From the human T2T-CHM13v2.0 reference genome, Homo sapiens, in assembly GCF_009914755.1 (NCBI RefSeq), contig NC_060933.1: a stretch of DNA of 64,000 nucleotides; one strand, given 5' to 3'. Both the position numbers and the translations under genes were made by a program. The first letter of the stretch is position 1. The number at the start of each line of letters is the position of its first letter. The notes beneath the pieces were generated by a model, which worked only from the letters and a program-made list of their open reading frames with translations, was not told the DNA's origin and made no database searches. Of the stretch, positions 43,986-58,068 are shown one piece after another.

Positions 43986-45266
43986 AGTTGGCTTTATTTT
44001 TTCTTAAACTGAAAAATGCAGATACAGGCCTGTGTGGCCCAGGGAAACCCAGACCTTTGGTATTTACCTGTGATTCATTCCGTGCAGTCCCGAGTTAAGC
44101 ACACAAGTTCCTCTGAGATTATTTGGAGATTTTATTTTGTTCTAGTTCTTAAAGAGTACAATATTTAAGAAAATTTGCCCCATATTTTGAAAGCAATAGT
44201 TTTTCAGATCTCTGTTGGCCTCTGATTTGAGTTAGGCATGATGTTTGTTTAAGGCAATTTTCTAAATTACTTCTCTTAATTCTTCCTCTAGGAATTAGCA
44301 TCTACGACATTTCTACTTTCTTTTCCACACCTCCACTCTCCCCCACTTCACTTCCCTTCTTCAGCTGTGAGTGTCAAAGTCCCTGGGTTCGTATAAATGA
44401 TGTCAAAGGCAACCAATTGGGTTTTCTAAGATTCAGGGTTGACTCACCTGATCTCAAGAGGAAGCCCCATATTGACAAGTGATTATCTTCTCATTTCACA
44501 AAACATAGTTATTGTCAGAGAGAAGTAAGAGGGGAGCTGGGGAGTGGATAGCTGTAGTGATACAGTAACAGTGCTTCAATGCTGAAAGTGAAAAACACAG
44601 TGAATGTGAGGAAGAGAAAAGGTGCATATTATAAAGGAAGCAGCATCAGAATATGCCAATGTTCTGAGAATAAAGAGGGAGTTATTCAGGTGGCTTTGAG
44701 AGAGGGTGATTTCAACCCTGGCAGATAATTTTTAGGAACGAGAATCTAATGCACAAGTAAACATGCTTGTTATATGGGAATGCTGTGATAGTCTTGATGA
44801 ATGGGAAGTGTGCAGATGAGTTCCAATGTCATCCCACCTGCTCTTTGATATTTGTGAAGTGAGAGCTGAGACATAACCTCTGTGGTTTAAGAAGAACTGA
44901 TCTAATTATGGTCAGGTGATTGGAAATGGAAATCTGCCACAGCACTTTGAGGAAGCATTTTTCAGATCCCCATCCCCTAGTATTAAGCAAACTCTTAAAA
45001 TCGTAAATCTAATGATACCACGAAATGTGTTTTGATGTTTAAATCAAAGGGCATTTCACGGTAATGGCTCCACAGCTGAGCAAGCCTGTATTTGCTTAAA
45101 AATTTTATCTATTTAGAAGTCACTGATTTTCAAATAAACTGAAAAGCTGCCAATCAACATGGCAGCTGAAACATTCACTTTATGGAGCAAAACAATAGGG
45201 CTCATGTCAGAGCTGTGACCCAAGTTTGAAAATTAATGTCATTTTGTTATTTCTCTTAAGAGTTGA

Positions 45267-45470
<204 letters not shown>

Positions 45471-46699
45471 TAAGTTTCATTTGTCTTTTGGGAAGCAAAT
45501 AATGATTTCTGGAATCAAATGGAGGGATTAATTTGGGGATTGGATATAATTTTGTTGCTATTTTATGTCTAAAGGAAACAGAGTCTGTAAGAGATGAAAT
45601 GTAGTTTTAATACCAACACTAATGTTAGACTATTACATCTTCAAAAGAACTGAACATAAACACAGGCCTTTGAGTCATCTCATGGGGTCAGACCAATGCT
45701 TGCATGCCTATCTTGTGTTTAAACATATTTTTTAAATGTGTATTTTTGTACTTGAAGGTGTGAATTAATGTTGCCAGCAAGACAGGAAAACAGCTGCTGG
45801 TCTCTCTTTTGCGTGCAGAGAGGTTTGTAACTTGCAGAATCAGCTCAATAGGCAGAATCTATTGTTCTCTGCTCATTTTTTAAAAAAACCAGAATAATCA
45901 CTCATTCAAAAAATTTTAGCTGTGTAAGACAGCAAAAATGAATGGTCCCCAATGAAACCATCACAATCAACTGTATAATCATGGTTTGTCTTGGGAAAAG
46001 ATTTATTGGAGTATGGGGAAGAATTTCACTGGAGAACTGATATTACTGCAGTTCATTTTTCTCCCTGCCTAAAATTATTTATAATACTCCACTTAAAGAC
46101 TGCAGAAGCCTAGCAGAGTTATTTGGGTTTATATATTAAAAAAATGACCCTTTAGCCAATTTTTTTTGAACTAGTTTACGAGAAGAGTTGAAACATCTCA
46201 AGTAAGGTTGCCATTCTTTTATTTGACTATGTGCAAGTTGAATGAGCTTTTCCCCTCATTGTAGGAGGTCCCTCAGCCTGAGGGTCTAAGAGGGGAAAAG
46301 TGCAAAGTCACCCTAAGCAGGAGCTCTCTGAAGCAGTCTGTGACACACTTTGTGTCCTAAACCTGCCTCACTTACTTGTTCCTCCAGAGAAAACTGCCAT
46401 ATTTCATTTTTAAGCTCTTTTAGGACTTAAAACCTTATAGGAAATCCTATATCTAAGATATTTATCAACCTGCTAAAGTGTAATCAGAGACCTCAAATAT
46501 AAGAGACTGTCCATCAGATAAACTACTATCACATTCCAAAAATCGAAGATATTTTCTAGTCTTTTGACTATATTGCTCTGGTTGGGCTGAAGTCAGAGGT
46601 ATCATTTACATTACTGAGGCCTCATGAGTATCATTTCTGTGTTGCTCCTTTAGTTTCTGTGGTCAGTGGAGAAGAATAGTTTCTCATGTCTGATGACTC

Positions 46700-46935
46700 A
46701 GCTTTTATTCCGGTAACTGTGCAGGCTGTGTACCCCACAGCCATTCTGCCTAGGTTCAAATCCCAGCTCTACCATGTATGTATTTATACAATCATTAACA
46801 GATGGCTCAACTGCTTTGTTCTCCTGTTTCCCCTTGGTAATAGAGGTGTAATGGATGTGAGGACTAAATGAATTAATACAAACAAAGCACTTAGAATATG
46901 CCTGGATGAGAAAATTATTCAACAAATGTTAACAA
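46700..46935 (+). mobile_element. MIR
   Basis: ctgcctaggttcaaatcccagctctacca…gtgaggactaaatga…aaagcacttagaa…caacaaatgtta. Confidence 0.75.
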
Positions 46936-47147
46936 TTTTATTAGGCTATATTTTATTAGGCTATATTATATTTTATTAGCCTATAATTCATAGGCTTATT
47001 TAAGAAAAAAAGCCAGCATGGTAGGAGTTGAGGCCACATTATAGATCCCCAAAACAAGGCAGTCATGTATGGTTATGCAGTTGTACATCAGTAGATTTGT
47101 ATATTTAATAAATGATTTTCTGGCAGATGAATTTAAAGTATCTAGAG

Positions 47148-47433
47148 CAGCATTGTGCCAGGCAAGCCACATATATAAGTTTAAAACTTCTAGTAGTCAT
47201 TAAATAAATAGACAGGTACATTTAATTTTAATAATAAATATATTTGCTTTAACTCAATATATCAAAAGTATTATCATTTTAACGAACAATCAATATAAAA
47301 TTATTATTGAGATATTCTCTGCCTTTCGAAAGGTATCAAGTCTTTGAAATCTGGTGTGTATTTTATACCAGTCGCATTTCAATTGTTCAGTAGCCAGATG
47401 TTGCTGGTGGAACACTCTGTTGGGTAGAGTGGC
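47148..47433. mobile_element. MER33/MER3-type hAT-Charlie element
   Basis: Flanked by tctagag on both sides; ctagtagtcatt…tttaactcaatatatc…aagtctttgaaatctggtgtgtattttata…tcagtagcca. Confidence 0.75.
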
Positions 47434-48010
47434 TCTAGAGGAAGTAGTGGCTTTTTCAAAGTTGCTCGAAGATGCCATTTGGGATAGCTGCAGGGCATCA
47501 AATCCACATTTTCCCCCTCAAAGTCATTCATGTTATATCATCCAAACCAGTGTGGCCTTGAACCTTCCCTCTGGCATGGACCTTTGGCTGCTCCTTACCT
47601 GGTTAACAAGTAGTTCAAACTCATTGCCCAAACAGCAAGACAACTCAAAAACAATACACCACTCTCACTCCACCACCAGCCCATGGGAGAATATTCAGTA
47701 GAAAAAGAATTGATGAGATATAAATCTTTGTACAGAATCATTAATCATCTCTTCCTACTCCTATCCCAGTCAAATATTCTCTTGGAATAAGTTTGAGCGG
47801 ATTTATGACATACATTACTCAAATGGAATAGAAGGTAACCTAAGTTCTAAAATCGACTAGGCTACATCAAGATTTTTTCACTGTACTCATTCTGTTAGCG
47901 TCTGCATACTCATCCACAAAATGGGAGCAAATATCTATTTTTAGTTACTTAATAGCAAAATCAGAAAATAAAAAGATAGAAATCCAAGAAAATAGTTTGA
48001 AATTTTAAGA

Positions 48011-48117
48011 TAAGATGACTAACTTTGTTGGCCCAGGATTCTCCTGGTTTTAGAACTGAAAGTCTTGCATTTGAGAACCTTTCAGTCCCCAACAAACATG
48101 GATGGTTGGTCACCTTG
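48011..48117 (+). mobile_element. MER81-type hAT-Blackjack MITE
   Basis: Degenerate TIRs agatgactaact / ggttggtcacct; core cctggttttagaactgaaagtc. Confidence 0.7.
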
Positions 48118-48565
48118 GTTTTAAGTCCTTCCCTTTTCTTCTTCCTCCCTTCATTCATTTCTTTTATCCTTTTTTTTTTTCCTTTTCTTTCCAGGTCAGT
48201 GTACATTTTCAACCACATCATATGCTTAGAAATCTTCATGATAAATATAGTTACATAAGTATTAAAAGCAAATTAAAACAGTATAACATAAAGTTACACA
48301 ACATGGAAACCATCAGCTCATTTAAATATTGTCCTCATTAGTTTGAAGTTTTATATCATAAAATAAAGGTGGCTTGACATCAGAACCCAACTGTTCCCGT
48401 TAAAAACAATTCTCTAAGCTAAAAATTTGGGGTTTTACTGGTCTATTTTACAGCAGCTAAACTACTGGAAGCAGTTGAATCATTTTGAGAATGCATGTCT
48501 TAATAAGAAACTCATAGCTATTTTATCCTTGTAGGCTTTTTCAAGACTTTTTCCTGTTTGTAGGA

Positions 48566-48994
48566 TGTTTTAGTCCATTTCGTGTTGCTATAAAGGAATA
48601 CCTGAGGCTTGGTAATTTGTAAAGAAAAGAGGTTTATTTGGCTCACAGTCTACAGACTGTACAAGAAGCATGGAGTCAGCTTCTGCATCAAGTGAGTGAT
48701 TCAGCTGTTTCCACTCCTGGTGGAAGGCAAAGGGGAACCAGCATGTGCAGAGATCACGATGGTGAGATAGGAAGCAAAAGAGAGATGGGGAGGTGCTGGG
48801 CTCTTTTAAACAGCCAGCTCTCGTGGGAGCTAATAGAATAAGAACTCACTTACTATCCCCTGCAAAAGAAGGCATTAATCTGTTCATAAAGAATCTTCCC
48901 CTATGACCCAAACACCTTTCATTAGGCTCTACCTCCAACATTGAGATCAAATCTCTACATGACATTTGGGGAGACAAACAGCGAAAACTCAGCA
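48566..48994 (-). mobile_element. MSTB-type MaLR solo LTR
   Basis: tgttttagtccattt…ttgctataaaggaatacctgaggc…aagaaaagaggtttatttggctcacag; TG…CA ends; about 430 bp. Confidence 0.88.
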
Positions 48995-51900
48995 CAGGGC
49001 TCCCTGGGATTAGATATAATTTTTCTGTTTATGATCCTGGCTATAATAATACTCATAGAATGGACTAACAAATATTCTTGGATACTTAAATCATGTGCTA
49101 TACGTAACCCTTAAATGGTGTCAAAATTTTTGTCTACATAGACTATAATATAGATTATATATATATGAGATATATATTATAAACTACATATATCACAAAC
49201 CAACCTCAACACATGCAGATAAATATTTTTAAATTTGGCAAAATGACAGTATGTTCATCCATATTTCTGGAGCTGCAACAATAATTATAAATTATACTTG
49301 AAATAATAATAATTAACATCTGTTGAGCATCTCTCATGAATCAGTTTAAATTACATTACTTCTAATCCCTAAACATTGCAAAGTAGCTATTAGTTTTATA
49401 ATTTTACAGATAATGAAATAAAACTCAGAGATCCTAAATGAACTGCACAAGGTCATTTGACTATAAGACCTCTTTGAATTTAGAGTTTTCTAGTTCAAAA
49501 GATATCTTCTACCCCTTACACCTTGCCACCTCTCTGTACTGTGCTTCTCCTTACGTAGGCCAAGGTGTTCCTCCCACCAATCTTATATACTGTGTTGAGT
49601 ACCCATTAGTTATTCCTATTGGATGGATGGAGAAATTAAGGCTCAGCAGAGTTTGAGGATTTCACTAAGTTCAAATGCCCAGTAATTTGCATAACTGAAC
49701 TTTGAACACCTTGCTTTAATTTCAGCACTTAGCTTTTCTAATTTCTGATGTGGATTCATCTATATTGATGATAACAATCATCAATATAGACTGATGTCTC
49801 TGTCTCGTCCTGGGTAGCCTTTTTATTTTTAAAAATTCTGTATTAAAATAGTTTCTTGTCTGTTGTTAAATTCCCTTAGAGTTTTATGGCCTTGATGTGA
49901 CTCATGTGACCAAACGTTTTGTTAAAAAAAAAATTAAACTTATCAAAACCAAGTCCTTGTTCTACAAGACTCTTGCATATTCCAAGATAAATCATGGCCA
50001 GCTTCACACACACCATTTCTAAATCAACGAGACTTTATTTTCTTCCTTCTACTTAGATGTCAGTGCCTTTGTCCATTTTCTTTTCACTTCTTTGGTACAT
50101 GTTTACCCAGACAGTTATGACCTACCTGATACTCTGCCTAAATATCTTCCATGTCTCTTGACATCCTTAATTTCTTAACATTGAAATTGTTTCTTTTTCC
50201 TCCCCATTTTCCCACCCCCAATTAATTTTTTTCTTTGTCGAAGGAATTTCTCCTTATCTATTTAGTAGAAAGCAGTCAGAGTGCCTCATAGACCCCAGTC
50301 TAATATTTTACTTCTCAGAGATATTTTCATTGGAGATCATAATGTTTGATGTATGTAATGATGAATTTCAGACCCTAGAGAAAGTTATGGAAGGGTAAGT
50401 GGACCTGGCCTACAGGGCATGATATTCTGGCAAATCCCACAAAACATATGGTTATCTCATCTTCCTCAAACTATAGTTGACCTTATTTCAAAAATGCTTG
50501 GAGCAGAAAAGCAACGAGGTATGAAAGACATGAAGTCACCACCTTCCATTTTATATTACTACTCTATGAATTGCATCTAGATTTTAAAACTCAACATAAA
50601 AAACTGTCTTCTTGCAAGCATGGACTAATAAGGATAGTAGTAGTTCACAAAGAATGGCAGCTATTTACAAAGTGAGGTGATATTGTCAAAACCTATCATA
50701 ATGACAAAGACAGAACTAAACAGTGATAGAATAACAAGCATATGTGGTATGCATTTATTATATGTATTGTGCCATGCAAAAAAGCAATTTATGCTGTATG
50801 TATTTACTTGGTGAGGCTCTTTCCAGTGCTAAGTTTACTTCTAGAATGACAATTCATGTATTCATTCATTTGATTACTATTTGTGGAACACCTAGAATGG
50901 GTAATCTAAGAGAACTATCCAGTACCTGGGTATTTCATGGTGAGCAAAATAAAGTCCTTGCCTCTGTGGTGCTCAGTTGGGGAAATATTGTAAACAAAGA
51001 AATGACCAGTGGTTTTGGCCAATGTAGTATAATTTTATGTTGTTGTTATCCTCTGCAGTCAAATATTTGCTACAGCTTCTTCATCCTCAAGAATTTTAAA
51101 TAGTTGAGAAGAGCCAAGATGGCTAACAAGATGCAGCCAGGAAGAGCTTCTCCCAATGAGAAACCAGGGTATTAAGAAGATTGGCACACTCCAAGTAGAT
51201 CTTCAGAAGGGAGGCATTGAGAGTGGATGGAGGAAGGATGTAGACTCTGTGCTGAAGTTAGAGGAAGCTTGGAATGCTATGCTCAGGAATGAGTTCTAGG
51301 ACTCATTCCTGGCTCCGAGTGTCTCCTAAGGAAGGGAGAGTTAAATAGGCGTGGAGTAGCCCACTCTCACCATGGACCTCCATAATTCTAGCTGCAGGAG
51401 TCTCAATGACCCCCATGGATATTTGAACTGATAGGGGGAGCTGCTTGAAGAGTTGACAGGGACAGGACTGCAGACTGTGTGGAGTTCAGAGGATTTGGCA
51501 AAGGAAGGACTGCAGTAGAGCACAGCCAAGGACACCCATCCCTGAAGACTCACCATGCCCCTGTAGGCTTTGGCCTTTGTTGACTGTCAGACCAATACAG
51601 AGCAGGGCTGTCTTGCCCATGGAATGAGGCCATTCTGATCTGAGTGCCTCCCTTGTCTGCCAGCCTTTCCTGAGGTTCATGCCAGGCTGTGCCCACTTGC
51701 AGCACAGGCTTGGATGTCCAACTGGGGCACTTCCTAAAGGCCATCATCATAGCTTCTTTGTTGGCAGACCCCACCCAACTGTTGGAGAGCTTCTGAAGAC
51801 AAGCCTCCACCCGCACACAACCACCTGCAGCCTCCCCCCTCTGCTTTGCCAACACGCAGGTATGCATGGACCCTGCTGCTCTGCTGCCACCAACACATGA

Positions 51901-53460
51901 GCACAGACCCCACTGCCACTGCCCCGACAAAGCACTGTTGCCAGCAACCCTCATGGAGCATTGTTGTTAACAGACTGGAAACACCTCAGCTCCTTCAGCA
52001 CAGCAGGTGTTTAACCTTGAGAGGCCAGAGAACAAAGCTGTGTGCCTGGTCCTATACCACTGGGTTACAGCACACAGTCCAGGAGTGCTGAGCTGAGCCC
52101 AGGTCCCCTGAAATCAGCCAGAAATGAAGCCAGTTGACTAGACCTAACTTATATCACAGTCAAAACCTCAAAGGCATCAAAGAATTGCAACTTTAAAGAT
52201 TAAAGAAACATCAGCTCACACAGATGAGAAAAAACCAGCAAAAGAACTGGGGCAACTCAAAAAGCCGGAGTGTGTTCTCACTTCCAAATGACCATGCTAG
52301 CTCCCCAGCAATGGTTCTTAATCAGACTGAGATGGCTGAAATGACAGACATAGAATTCAGAGTCTGGATGGCAATGAAGATTGTTGAGATTTAGTAGGAA
52401 GTTAAAACCCAATACGATGAACCTAAGAATCCAGTAAAACAATACAAGAGCTGAAAGACAAAATAGTCATTTTAAGAACCAAGCTGATCTGATAGAGCTG
52501 AAAACCCCATTACAATAATTTCATAATACAATTGGAAGTATCAGGAGCAGAACAGCCCAAGCTGAGGAAAGAATCTCAGAGCTCAAAAGTGGTTCTTCAA
52601 ATTGACTCAGTCAGACAAGAATAAAAAAGAAAGAATAAAAAGGAATGAACAAAGCCTCCAAGAAATACAGAATTATGTAAAAAGACCAATCCTATGACTC
52701 ACTGACATCCCTGAAAGAGAGGGGGAGAGAGAAAGCAAGTTAGACAACATATTTGAGGGTACTGCCTATGAAAATTTCCCCATCCTCACTAGAGAGGTCA
52801 ACATTCAGATTCAGAAAATTCAGAGAACCCCTGCAAGATCCTATAAAAGATGACCATCCCCAAGACACATAGCCCACAGATTCTTTAAGGTCAATGCAAA
52901 AGAAAAAATATTAAAGGCAGCTGGAGAGAAGGGAAAGACATCTATAAAAAGAACCCATCACACTAATGGCAGACCTTTCAGCAGAAGCAGTACAACCAAG
53001 AAGAGATTAGGGCCTATATTCACCATCCTAAAAGAAAAGAAATTTCAACTAAGAATTTCATATCGAGCCTAACTAAGCTTCATAAGCAAAGGAGAAATAA
53101 AATCCTTTTCAGACATGCAAATGCTAAAGGAATTCATTACTATCACACTTGCCTTACAAGAGGTCCTTAAGGAAGTGCTAACATGGAAATAAAAAACTGT
53201 TACCAACTACCACAAAAACACACATAAGTACATAGACCACTGACACTATAAAGCAACTACACAATCAAGTCCACATAACAACCAACTAACAACACTATGA
53301 CAGGATCAAATCTTCACATATGGATATTAACCTTAAATGTAAACGGGCTAAATGCCACATTCAAAAGGCACAGAATGGCAAGTTGGATCAAGAAGCAAGA
53401 ACCAACTGTATGTTGTCTTCAAGGGACCCATCTCACATGCAGTGACACCCACAGGCTCAA

Positions 53461-53550
53461 AATAAAGAGATTGATAAAAATCCATCAAGCCATAAAGAGA
53501 TTGATAAAAATCTATCAAGCCATAAAGAAATTGATAAAAATCTATCAAGC
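53461..53550 (+). repeat. 30-bp tandem triplication inside L1 ORF2
   Basis: Three near-identical units of ataaagagattgataaaaatctatcaagcc. Confidence 0.95.
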
Positions 53551-56025
53551 AAACAGAAAACAAAAAGAGAAGAGCCTGTTATTTTTATTTTAAACCAAAC
53601 AGACTTTAACCTAACAATAATCAAAAAGGGACAAAGAAGAGGATTACATAAAGATAAAAGATTCAATTCAGCAAGAAGACTTAACTGTCCTAAATGTATA
53701 TGTACCCAACACTGGAACACCCAGGTTCATAAAATAAGTTCTTGACCCACAAAAAGACTTAGATAACTACACAATAATAGCAAGAGAGTTCTGCACCTTA
53801 CTGACAGTATTAGACAGATTATTGAGGCAGAAAACTAACAAAGGTATTTGGGACCTGAACTCAACACATGACCAAATGGACCTAACAGACATCTACAGAA
53901 CACTCCACCCAACAACAACAGAATATACATTCTTCTTATCTGCAAATGACACAAACTATAAAATCAACCACATGCTCACTCATAAAGCAATTCTCAGCAA
54001 ATTAAGAAAAACTGAAGTCACACCAACAACATTCTTGGATCACAGTGCAATAAAAATAGAAATCAATACCAAGAGGATCTCTAAAAATCACATGATTACA
54101 TGGAAATTAAATAGCCTGCTCCTGAATGACTTTTGGGTAAACAATGAAATTAAGGCAAAAATTAAGAAATTATTTGAAACTAGTGAGAACAAAGACATGA
54201 CATACCAGAATCTTTGGGACCCAGTTAAAGCAGTTTAAAAGGGAAGTTATAGCACTAAACACCCACATCAAAAAGTTAGAAAGATCTCAAATTAACAACT
54301 TAACATCACATGTAGAGAAACCAGAGAAACAAGAGCACACCAACCCCAAAGCTAGCAGAAGATAAGAAATAACCAAAATCAGACCTGAACTGAATGAAAT
54401 TGAGACACAAAAAGCCATACAAAAGGTACATAAATCCAAGAGTTGTCTATTTGAAAGTATAAATAAGATTGATAGACCACTAGCTAGATTAATAAAGAAA
54501 AAAGAAGATTCAAATAAACACAATCAGAAATGACAAAAGGGACATTACCAACAACTCAAAAGAAACACAAAAAACCCTCAGAGATTATTACAAACACCTC
54601 TATGCACACAAACTAGAACACTTAGAAGAAATGGATAAATTCCTGAAAACATATAACCTCCCAAGATTGAACCAGGAAGAAATTGAAACCCTGAACAGAC
54701 CAATAACAAATTCTAGAATTGAATCAGTAATAAAAAGCCTATCAACCAGAAAAAGTCCTGGACCAGACAAATTCACAGCCAAATTCTACCAGATGTATAA
54801 AGAAGAGTTGGTGCCAATCCTACTGAAACTATTTCAAAAACTTGAGGAGGAGGGATGCCTCTTTAACTCATTCCATGAGACCAGCATCATTCTGATACCA
54901 AATCCTGGCAGAGACACAATGAGAAAATAAAACTTCAGGCCAATATCCTTGATAAACATACATGCAAAAATCCTCAACAAAATAATAGCAAACCAAATCC
55001 ACCAGCACTCCCAAAAGTAATTTACCATGATCAAGTAGGCTTTATTCCTGGGATGCAAGGTTGGTTCAACATACACAAATAAATAAATGTGATTTATCAC
55101 ATAAACAGAATGAAAAACAGAAACTACGTGATCATCTCAATAGACGCAGAAAAGGCTTTGGATAAAATTCAACATCCTTTCATGTTAAAAACTCTGAACA
55201 AACTAGGCATTGAAGGAACATACCTCAAAATAATGAGCCATCTATGTTAAACTCACAGCCAACATCATACTGAACAGGCAAAAGCTGGAAGCATTATCCT
55301 TGAGAACTGGAACAAGACAAGGATACCCACCCTCACTATTCTTATTCAACATAGTACGGGAAGTCCTAGCCAGAGCAATTAGGCAAGAGAAAGAAATAAA
55401 AGGCACGCAAATAGGAAGAGAGGAAGTCAAACTATCTCTCTTTGTGGACAATATAATTCTAAACCTAGAAAACCACATAGTCTCTGCCCAAAGGTTCCTA
55501 GATCTGATAAATAACTTCTGCAAAGTTTCAGAATAAAAAACCAATGTACATTTCTATACAGCAATATTGTCCAAGCCAAACCAGGAATGCAATTTCATTC
55601 ATAATAGCCACAAAAAGAATATAATATCTAGGAATATAGCTAACCAGGGAGGTGAAAGATCTCTACAATGAGAATTACAGAACATAGCTTAAAGAAATCA
55701 GAAATGACACAAACAAATGGAAAAATTCCATGCTCATAGATGGGAAGAATTAATATTGTTAAAATGGCCATATTACCCAAAACACTTTACAGATTCAATG
55801 CTATTCCTATCAAAATACAAATAACAGTTTTTAGAGTTAGAAGAAACTATTTAACATTCATATGGAACCCAAACACCCTGAATATCCAAAGCTATCACAA
55901 GCTAAAAATTAAAAAAAATTTAAAAAGCTGGAGGCATCAGAATCACACTACCTGACTTCAGACTATGCTACAAGGCTACAGTAACTAAAATCTCATGATA
56001 CTGATAGAAAAACAGGCACATAGAC

Positions 56026-56608
56026 CGTATTAGTCAGGGCTCTCTAGAGAGACAGAACTAATAGGAGATATATATATATATATGGGAGCTTATTAGGGAG
56101 AAAGGCTCACATGATCACAAGGTGAAGTTTCGTGTTAGGCCGTCTGCAAGCTGAGGAAGGAAGAAGCCAAGAGTGGCTCAGTCTGAGTCCAAAAGCCTCT
56201 AAAACAGGGAAACCGACAGTGTAGCCTTCAATCTGTGGCTGAAGGCCTGAGAGCCCCTGGCAAACCACTGGTGTAAGTCCCAGAGTCCAGATGCTGAAGA
56301 ACCTGGAGTCTGATATCCAAGAGCAGGAGGATGAAAGGAAGCATCTAGTACAGCAAAAAGATGAAAGCCAGAAGACTCAGCAAGCCAGCTTACCCCACTT
56401 TCTTCCACCTCCTTTGTTTTAGCCACTGTGGCAGCTGATTAGATGATGCCCACCCACATTAAGGGTGGGTCTTCCCCTCCCAGTCCACTGACTCAACTGT
56501 CAGTCTCCTCTGGCAACACCTTCACAGACACACCAAGAAACAATATTTTACCAGCTATCTAGGCATCCTTCAATCCAATCAAGTTGACACCTAATATTAA
56601 CCACCACA
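56026..56608 (-). mobile_element. MLT2A2-type HERV-L solo LTR inserted in L1 ORF2
   Basis: gtattagtcagggctctctagagagacagaactaatagga…ttcaatccaatcaagttgacacctaatattaaccaccaca; exact 5-bp TSD tagac at 56021-56025 and 56609-56613; L1 reads through once it is removed. Confidence 0.93.
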
Positions 56609-58068
56609 TAGACCAATGGAATAAGTTAGAGAATCTAGAAATAAAGCTGCACATGTACAAGAACCTGATTTTTGACAAAGTTAACAAAAACAAGCAATGG
56701 GGAAAGGACTCCCTGGGTCATACACAGCATTGGAATAACTGGATAGCCCTATCCAGAAGATCAAAGCTGGACTCTTTCCTTTCACCAGATACAAAAATCA
56801 ACTCAAGGTGGGTTAAAGACTTAAATGTAAAATCGAAAACTATAAATTTTTAGTTTTTAAAACTAATCTATAAAAACTCTTGAAGAAATCCTAGGAAATA
56901 CTATTCTGGATATCGGCCCTGGCAAATCCTTCATTAAGAAGACTCCAAAAGCAATTGCAATAAAAACCAAAATTGATAGGTGGGACCTAATTAAACTAAA
57001 GAACTTCTGCACAGCAAAAGAATTTATCAACAGACTAAACAGACAACCAACAGAATGAGAAAAATATTTGCAAACTATGCATCCAAGAAAAGTCTAATAT
57101 CCAGAATCTATAAGGAACTTAAACTAACCAGCAAAAACAAAACAAAACAAAACCCTAAAAAACCATTAAAATGGGCAAAAGACATGAACAGACACTTCTC
57201 AAAAGAAGGCACACACGGCCATTAAGCATATAAAGAATTACTCAACATTACTAATCATTAGAGAAATGCAAAGTAAAGCCACAATGAGATACTATCTCAC
57301 ACCAGTCAAAATGACTATTGTTAAAAACAAACAAACAAACAAACAAACAAAAAACAGATGCTGGCATGACTGTGGAGAAAAGGGAACACTTAGATGCTGT
57401 TGGTGGGAATGTAAATTAGTTCAGCCACTGTGGCAAGCAATTTGAAAATTTCTCAAAGAACTCAAAACAGAACTACCATTTAGCCAAGCAATCCAATTAC
57501 TGGGTAAATATCAAAGGAGTAGAAATCATTGTACTATAAAGACACATGTACTCATATGTTCACCACAGCACTATTCAAAACAGCAAAAACATGGCATCAA
57601 CCTAGATGTCCGTCAACAGTGTACTGGATGAAGAAAATGTAGTATATATACACCATGCAATGCTATGCAGCCATAAAAAAGAATTAAATTATGTCTTTGC
57701 AGCAACATTGATGAAGCTGGAGGCCATTATCCTAAGTGAATTAATGCAGGAACAGAAAACCAAATAACCTCATATTCTCACTTGTAAATGGAAGCTAAAC
57801 ATTGAGTACACATGGATGCAAAGAAGAGAACAATAGACACCAGGGCCTATGTGAGGGTGGAGAGTGGGAGCAAGGTGAGGATTGAAAAACTACCTATTGG
57901 TTACTACGCTCATCATCTGAGTAATGAAATAATTGATACACCAAACCCCCACAACATGCAATTTACCCATGTAAGCAACCTGCACATGCATTCCCTGAAC
58001 CTAAAATAAAAATTAGAAAGAAAAAAATAATAATTAAAAAAATTATCTGGGGGAAAAATAATTTACAT

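Larger units (their letters stand above)
51106..58035 (+). mobile_element. Near full-length old primate L1 (L1PA15/16-like), decayed ORF1 and ORF2, sense to TMC1
   Basis: 5'UTR begins ccaagatggc. ORF2 starts at 53297 (MTGSNLHIWILTLNVNGLN, endonuclease). RT fragments include [26 protein letters not shown]…LFNIV and SLFVDNII. 3'UTR and A-rich tail at about 58005-58035. Many stops and frameshifts. Confidence 0.95.

Noticed and set aside
46935-46990. Short 15-bp tandem repeat attttattaggctat and similar micro-duplications (about 11032, 22285, 23143)
   Set aside because: Ordinary replication-slippage products with no further structure.
53297-57700. Active L1 ORF2
   Set aside because: Many stops and frameshifts, a degenerate RT motif (FVDN) and an LTR insertion.
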